Below, in pieces: positions 58,013 to 64,000 of a stretch of DNA of 64,000 nt. The stretch is from Oikopleura dioica. Lineage: Eukaryota; Animalia; Chordata. The notes below the pieces were generated by a model, which did no database searches, was not told the origin of the DNA, and saw nothing but the letters and a program-made list of their open reading frames with translations. The position numbers and the translations under genes are program-made. The DNA is taken from positions 3,720,001-3,784,000 of the forward strand of contig OU015566.1 of the NCBI GenBank assembly GCA_907165135.1. Reading direction: 5' to 3'. The number at the start of each line of letters is the position of its first letter. Position 1 is the first letter of the stretch.

Positions 58013-59648
58013 ATGCTTTTAATTTTCTTCATTTCATTTCTTTTTGGAATTATTCGATCGGATATTATTTTCACGGAATGCCAAGCCGAGTTTTACCGAG
58101 TAAGATCATGGCTCAAAATTAGCGAAAGTATCTCACTTACTAGAGGCTACCCGGAAATGAAAATTTGAATTTTACGACTGATAATATTCCTTGTTCTTCA
58201 TCAACTCGAGGAGCAACAGAAGGTCGTGAGCGTTGGACAAATGTATTTGAAGACGGCAAGTTTTAAAATTTATTAAATAAATCTTTATTTTATAAAGGAT
58301 TTTACATCGTCCCATATTTTTTCGAAGATGGCTATGAAAATCACGTTTACGAGTCTTGGGATGCAGCACTTTCGATAAGACAAATGCAGTATTATCTTGG
58401 TCTTTTTGAACAATACACCTGCGTCAAATTTAAAAGATTAACGACTGAAGCTCAAAAAGATTTGTACGATTACAAGATAGAAATAATTTGGGATGGGGTC
58501 AATCGAGCAAGATCTTACATTGGTTCAGCTTCTGTAAGAAAAATCTCTTGTTCATCAAAAATTCAGGTCAGATTTCGTTTTCAAGGCAGCCCCAAACATT
58601 ATGGATGCGACCTGACGCTTGGAATATGAATGGCCAGACAACGACGCAGCACGAAGCAATGCACGCTCTTGGATTTTTTCATGAACATGCGCGGCCTGAT
58701 CGCGATTCTTATGTCGAAGTTCATCCAGATGACGCTGGCGACAGTAACTACGCGATGAAGTCCGCTGATGATTGGTGGAATATGAATTCGCCATACGATT
58801 TTAACAGTATCATGCATTACATTCCGAGTTCGAGAGGTAATGGACAGTGGTCGTTGTCACGACCCGGAACGAATTATTTTGTTCGTGCTCCTGTGAGCAG
58901 AACCTTTCCTTTGTCGGATGAAGATATTGCTCAAATAAATTCGATGTACAATTGCCCAGGAAATGATTTTAATAAAAATAATCATGCTGATAAGGAAGAG
59001 TATATAATCTTGAACAGGAGCTCCATATTATATGGACCATATACCACGACAACTACAACTACTACAACGACAACAACGACTACGACCACGACCACAACAA
59101 CCTCGACGACGACGACAACTACTTTTACAACTTTGACAACAACGACAGTGACAACCACTTCAACGTCAGAAAATGTTGAATCCTCATCAACAACAGCGAC
59201 TCTATCATCATTAACAACAACTGAAACATCTTCGAGGAATAGCAGCCAACTTTTTTATATTTTCAACATATTCCTGGTTCTGATCTCCTGCGTGACCTCG
59301 ACGAGGTTTCTATTCTCAAGATGCAGAAGTCGAAAAGTTCGTCAAAGCCCTAGCGATTCGGAAATTCAACCGGAAGCGGAATCTGAAACAACTCCAGAAT
59401 TGTCCGAATCGAAAAGAACTCCTCCGAAATCGTCAAAACCCGAAGATAACTCACCCAAAACAGTCAAAACTCCAGCAAATGTCCTGCCAAAAATTCAATC
59501 GAAGACTCTTTCTCAAAATTTTCCGGCAACCGAGAGCACCAAAAAGAAACCACCGAAGAAGTCACCAAAGAAACCTTCTCAAAAAGTCTTGGTAGATGAA
59601 AGTCGAAGAAAAATAGCCACCAAAAAGTCATCAAAGAAAAAGCCTTGA
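58013..59648 (+). CDS. Astacin copy 5; long Thr stalk, TM and Lys-rich tail
   Basis: HEAMHALGFFHEHARPDRD, SIMHY, TM LFYIFNIFLVLISCV. Confidence 0.9.
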
Positions 59649-59790
59649 TTCCAATTTATTTAGCTATTTTCCCCCAACCATGTTGTATTTCTTCCATTCC
59701 TTTTCATCAAATAAAGCTAGTTTTGAATCACCCGCGTTTGTTCAGAAGAGGCCAATCGAGAAGGTACTTGCAAATAAAGAAAGCTAAGAA

Positions 59791-61423
59791 ATGTTGCGTA
59801 TCTTGTGCAGAGAGAAAAGCTTGTTGGCCCGTCATTTATCTTCCCTTCCAATAGGTTTGCAAGAAATTTTTGCCTTCATAAAACTTGCTTAGATGATCAG
59901 TTATTCGCTCTTTCTTCCGAGGAAAGAGGTCTTCGCCAGAACTTCCGAAATTTCTTCGAAACCGAACTCGCTCCTCACGCTTATGACATCGACAAAAACG
60001 ACCATTTTCCTCAACTCAAAGACTACATCAAGAAATGTGGAGATATGGGTATTCTAGGGCTGACTGTCCATGAAGAATACGGTGGAACGAATCTTGGATA
60101 CTTTTCCATGGCTTTGGCTGCGGAAGAAAATGCTCGAGTAAACGCTGGAATCGCAATGACAACTGGCGCTTGCAGCAATTTATTCATCAATCAAATTGTT
60201 CGAAACGGAAACGATGCTCAAAAGTCCGCCTTTTTGCCTGATCACGTGGCTGGCAATCTTATTGGAGGACTTGCCATGACCGAGCCGAATGCAGGGAGCG
60301 ATGTGATGTCGATGAAAACGAATGCCGTGAAGAAGGGAGATTATTACGTCATCAATGGGAATAAATTTTGGATCACGAATGGACCGGTAGCGGATCATAT
60401 CATATTGTATGCAAAAACCGATCTTTCAAGGAAAGGGTTGAAATTTCGATGATTTTGTCTTTTTGAGAATTCATTTTCAGAAAAATCAAAAAAGTGATTT
60501 TCAAATTTTCAGCCCAAAACAAGCAATGATGGAAAATCAATCACCGCTTTCATCGTCGATACAAAAACTGAAGGCTTCAGTGCTCAAACGATTCCGGGAA
60601 AGCTCGGGATGCGAGGATCCCCCACTGGCGACCTGACTTTTGAAAACATGAAAGTTCACGAAAGCATGGTTCTCAGAGGAGAAGGTCAGGGAGCAGCAGT
60701 GTTGATGTCTGGACTGAATATTGAGCGAATTCTCGCGGCGGCTATTCCCATCGGTATTGCTCAAGGTATAGTCAGGGCTGCCCAATCGGACAAAAAATCG
60801 ATCCGACAGGGATCCGAATTTGCCGATCGGAAATTGCGATCCGATTTTACCGATCGGAACCGATTTTCCCGATCGGACATGACAGAAATTTTTTATCCGA
60901 TCCGACCGATTACCGATCCGATTCCGATCGGATTCTGATCCGATTGGGCAGTCCTGATATAATTTGGAATTTTCTTCTGCGGCTAGTTCTATTTTTAAGC
61001 CGCGGTGGACTGTTCCTTCGAATACGCTCATGAACGAAAGCAGTTCAACCAGCGAGTCGGCGAGTTTCAACTCATCCAAGGCAAGATGGCCGACATGTAC
61101 ACCTCCCTCTCTGCCTGTAGGTCATACATGTATAACATCGCCCGACATGCAGAAAAATTCGAGCCGACGAATCACGACTGCGCTGGGCTGGTTCTGTACT
61201 GTGCTGAGAAAGCAACTCAAATTTGTCTCGACGCGATTCAGATTTTGGGCGGAAATGGCTACAGTAAGTGCTTTAATTTTGAGCTTATTAGCAATTTGAT
61301 TCAGTCAATGACTACCCAACAGGAAGATATTTGCGCGATGCGAAATTGTGGGAAATTGGAGCTGGAACAAGTGAAGTTCGAAGACTCATTGTCGGCAGAT
61401 ATTTCAATTCTCTGTACAAATAA
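59791..61423 (+). CDS. IVD: Isovaleryl-CoA dehydrogenase, mitochondrial
   Basis: Transit peptide; [18 protein letters not shown]; [12 protein letters not shown]; [11 protein letters not shown]; KLGMRGSPT; ERKQF...IQGKMADMY; [32 protein letters not shown]. Confidence 0.95.
60773..60956. mobile_element. hAT-like MITE (184 bp) in an IVD intron, filled with CCGATC/GATCGG repeats
   Basis: TIR CAGGGCTGCCCAATCGGA / TCCGATTGGGCAGTCCTG; no clean TSD. Confidence 0.75.
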
Positions 61424-62092
61424 AATTTCATTTTGACTTTTTCAATCAAAGAAATTTCGATTTTTTTTCAATGAAACAACGAATCAATCGCAGTTTGGCA
61501 AGCTTCAATTCCTTTCAATATTAAATTACCCAATCAGCAATTATTTCCAAGCCTTTTGGCTTATCATTCTAGCGTGCCGGGGTCGCGATCCTGCCCGCGG
61601 CAGATTCAGTCTCCGACGGTCGTACTCAAATAATCGATCTTAGTAAATCTTCTCATCTCCTGCAGATTCCTCTCGTTTCCTTTTTTTTCAAAAGAGATTT
61701 TTGCGAAGAAGAGTTTTTATGTCGGATGGAAGAAAAGATAGAGCAATGAGGATTCCTTTTAATCGAACAAATGTTATTTTAGGAAAGCGAGCTAATTTAA
61801 AATTCGAAAATTTCTCTGAAAGGAAAATAAAATTTCAAGCTCGGAAAAGGAACTGTTCTGGTGATATGCTTTGCGGGAGTGATACACCATCTTGCGGTTT
61901 TGAGAAAAATCAAAGTCGCATTCATTCAAAATGAGAGAACGCAACCAAAAGTCAGCCCGCTGTGGTCAACAAAATGCAAAAAACCAGAGGTACGCTTAAA
62001 ATTGCAAATAGAAGACAATTTTTCCTAAAGTGCTGTCTATGTCAGATGCAGCATATTCATTTTATTGTCAGGAATGAAATAATTTCTTTCAA

Positions 62093-62918
62093 TCACATAA
62101 TAAAGCATCCAGGAGTGGTTATTGGGCCAGCATGCACTTCGGGTACGCCTCGTTTAATAGCAACACCGAATTTAAACCCGGCTCGGAGCGCAAAAGGCCC
62201 AGCTTGAACTTCTGCAAGTGATGCTCCAGCTTCATAACCAGTGAACTCGTATCCGAAACCAGCACGAGCACCTGCTTCTAACACAGAAGCGCTTGCACTC
62301 GCACCAGGAATGTAGTCAACACCGGCCGTTACTTTACAAATTAAAAAGAATCCTTATTTTAAAATTACTCTTTCCAGCTCTAGCACTTGCTTGAAAATCG
62401 CCCAATTGCCCCTTCGGTGCTTCGTAGTTGGCGCCAGCTTCAGCTTTGAACAAATCGCCATCAACATTAGCCTCCACAATCTTCAATACTTTTGTATTTG
62501 CACCAAATTTTTTAACAGCGGCTTGCGCACTAGCAGTTGCTATAAAAGGGTTCGCACTTGTTTGAGCGGAAGCGTGGTTCTCATCTATGGTTATCTCTGC
62601 TGAACCAATGTTCGATTCGAGTTTAACAGCTTCACAAGAGTTATTTATTATATATCTAACGTAAGCATACATCCGTGGCTTTCAGAGCCGCCCCAAGATT
62701 TTTCGACATGTTGTTCATTTTCTTTCATCTTCTCTTCTACCCACTTTGAGAAAGCTCCTCTTAATTTGATTTAATTTAAGGAACAATTTTATTAATTTTT
62801 TGTTCTTAATTTTAATAACACAAACGTACAACCCTTTGTCAATAGCTTTGTCGATTGCCTCATCCTTGAGATCCTCAAATTCATCACTCGAATTCTCACG
62901 ATTCTCGGTATCAGCCAT
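62093..62918 (-). CDS. Ala/Gly-rich beta-strand-repeat protein ending in CaaX-like CFIM, multi-exon
   Basis: Acidic first exon MADTENRENSSDEFEDLK; later exons ASAQTSANPFIATASAQA, AEAGANY, ASASVLEAGARAGFG...GPITTPGCFIM*; exon joins not fully verified. Confidence 0.55.
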
Positions 62919-63149
62919 CACTCTTAAATCTGAATACTATGAACTATTTTTCCTCTTGAAAATTTTACTCAATGCGGTTCCTGAAATTGAAATTTTTGAG
63001 TCGCCTCACTCAGAATAAATACAGTTTTCCTCTATCATATTTGTCGATGTCAAACTCGTTTCCGCAAGAAACATTTGCTATTCATAAAGAAGTCATGGTT
63101 AAAAATTATTTTTGAATTTGCATGCCATCAGATCTCAATATTTACAATA

Positions 63150-64000
63150 CTTTGAAGGGCTATGTCTTTTTGAAAAAACACAAGACAGCTTCCACTACCT
63201 TCCGAGGAATCATGGCTAATGTCGGCAAAAACCTCTCCTTCGATGGCGAACACAATTGGCTTGGACCACAAGGTGGTTGTTATCCGGCTCCATTCGGTCC
63301 AACTTGCTGGCCATACAGGTATTCTTTCAATTAAGCTAAGGAAATTAATTTTCCTCAGTGAGGATGGATCGCATTTGGAAAAAATTGAAGCCCTCAGCTA
63401 CCATTTTCGCTGGAACTTGGACTACATGCCCAAATTACTTGAAAATAATCGGCAAAACATAAGGGTAGGTCTTTCCACTTCAGCTGATTACTCATCAGAT
63501 TTTCAGACAATCACAAGCATTCGCGATCCACTGGAAACCTATCGCTCTGTCTTCAACTATTTCTACGGCGCCAAACGGAAAGGCCCTCACGACAAGTGCG
63601 ACATCACGTGCTTTGGCGAACCTTATTGGTCCTTGACAAAAAACGAAAATCTGACAATCGGAGAGTTTCTCGACGACTTAGATGACATCTACACTGATGA
63701 AGCTCCCTATGCCTTCAGAACAAAGAGCATCCAAGCGTATGAAATGGGCATGGAGTTGAAGAAAATGGACGATCCTAAATACGTCCGGCAGTCCTTGATT
63801 GAGATGGATAAACAGTTTGATCTAGGTATGTGGCGAAATTGCGGAGCTATTTTCATCAGTTCTACTGTAGTTATCATCACCGAACATTTTTGGGAAAGTA
63901 TCGTCTTACTGGCTCATCTAATGTGCGTTGAATACAGTACTTTATACAGGAAAGGGCTCGAAAATCAGAAGCATCTATTTTTTCGGACTAAAACAAAAAA
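63150..64000 (+). CDS. Galactose-3-O-sulfotransferase-like, partial (runs off window; 5' exons unresolved)
   Basis: YVFLKKHKTASTTF (5'-PSB motif), HFRWN, TITSIRDPLETYRSVFNYF (3'-PB motif). Confidence 0.85.

Noticed and set aside
60537-61079. 180-aa minus-strand ORF
   Set aside because: Antisense to IVD exons and reads through the intronic MITE

Overview
Compact, AT-rich animal genomic DNA with very short introns (about 40-90 nt), GA-AG/GC-AG splice sites and AG acceptors a few nt before start codons. This points to an appendicularian tunicate such as Oikopleura dioica (inference). The centrepiece is a 15.0-kb PAT/Ngaro-type tyrosine-recombinase (YR) retrotransposon on the minus strand (27315-42311) with split direct repeats A1...B1A2..B2 whose copies read as identical. 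It carries six genes: three large unknown ORFs, RT-RNaseH-methyltransferase, an RG-tailed ORF and the recombinase. At least 13 frame-restoring spliceosomal introns interrupt them, including inside the RT, MTase and YR catalytic regions. Five of the six genes have their own AG acceptor just upstream of the ATG. The element sits 17 bp upstream of an HTH+chromodomain-like gene. Left of it are a 14-kb block of small orphan ORFs among degenerate ~170-bp repeats, a glycine-receptor-like gene whose M2-M4 exons I cannot find, a hAT foldback element, a PTB-domain gene and several MITEs. Right of it are a histidine acid phosphatase, a class A GPCR, five tandem membrane-anchored astacins (one a pseudogene), isovaleryl-CoA dehydrogenase, an Ala/Gly-rich CaaX-ending protein and a partial galactose-3-O-sulfotransferase. 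All exon models were derived by hand and are untested.
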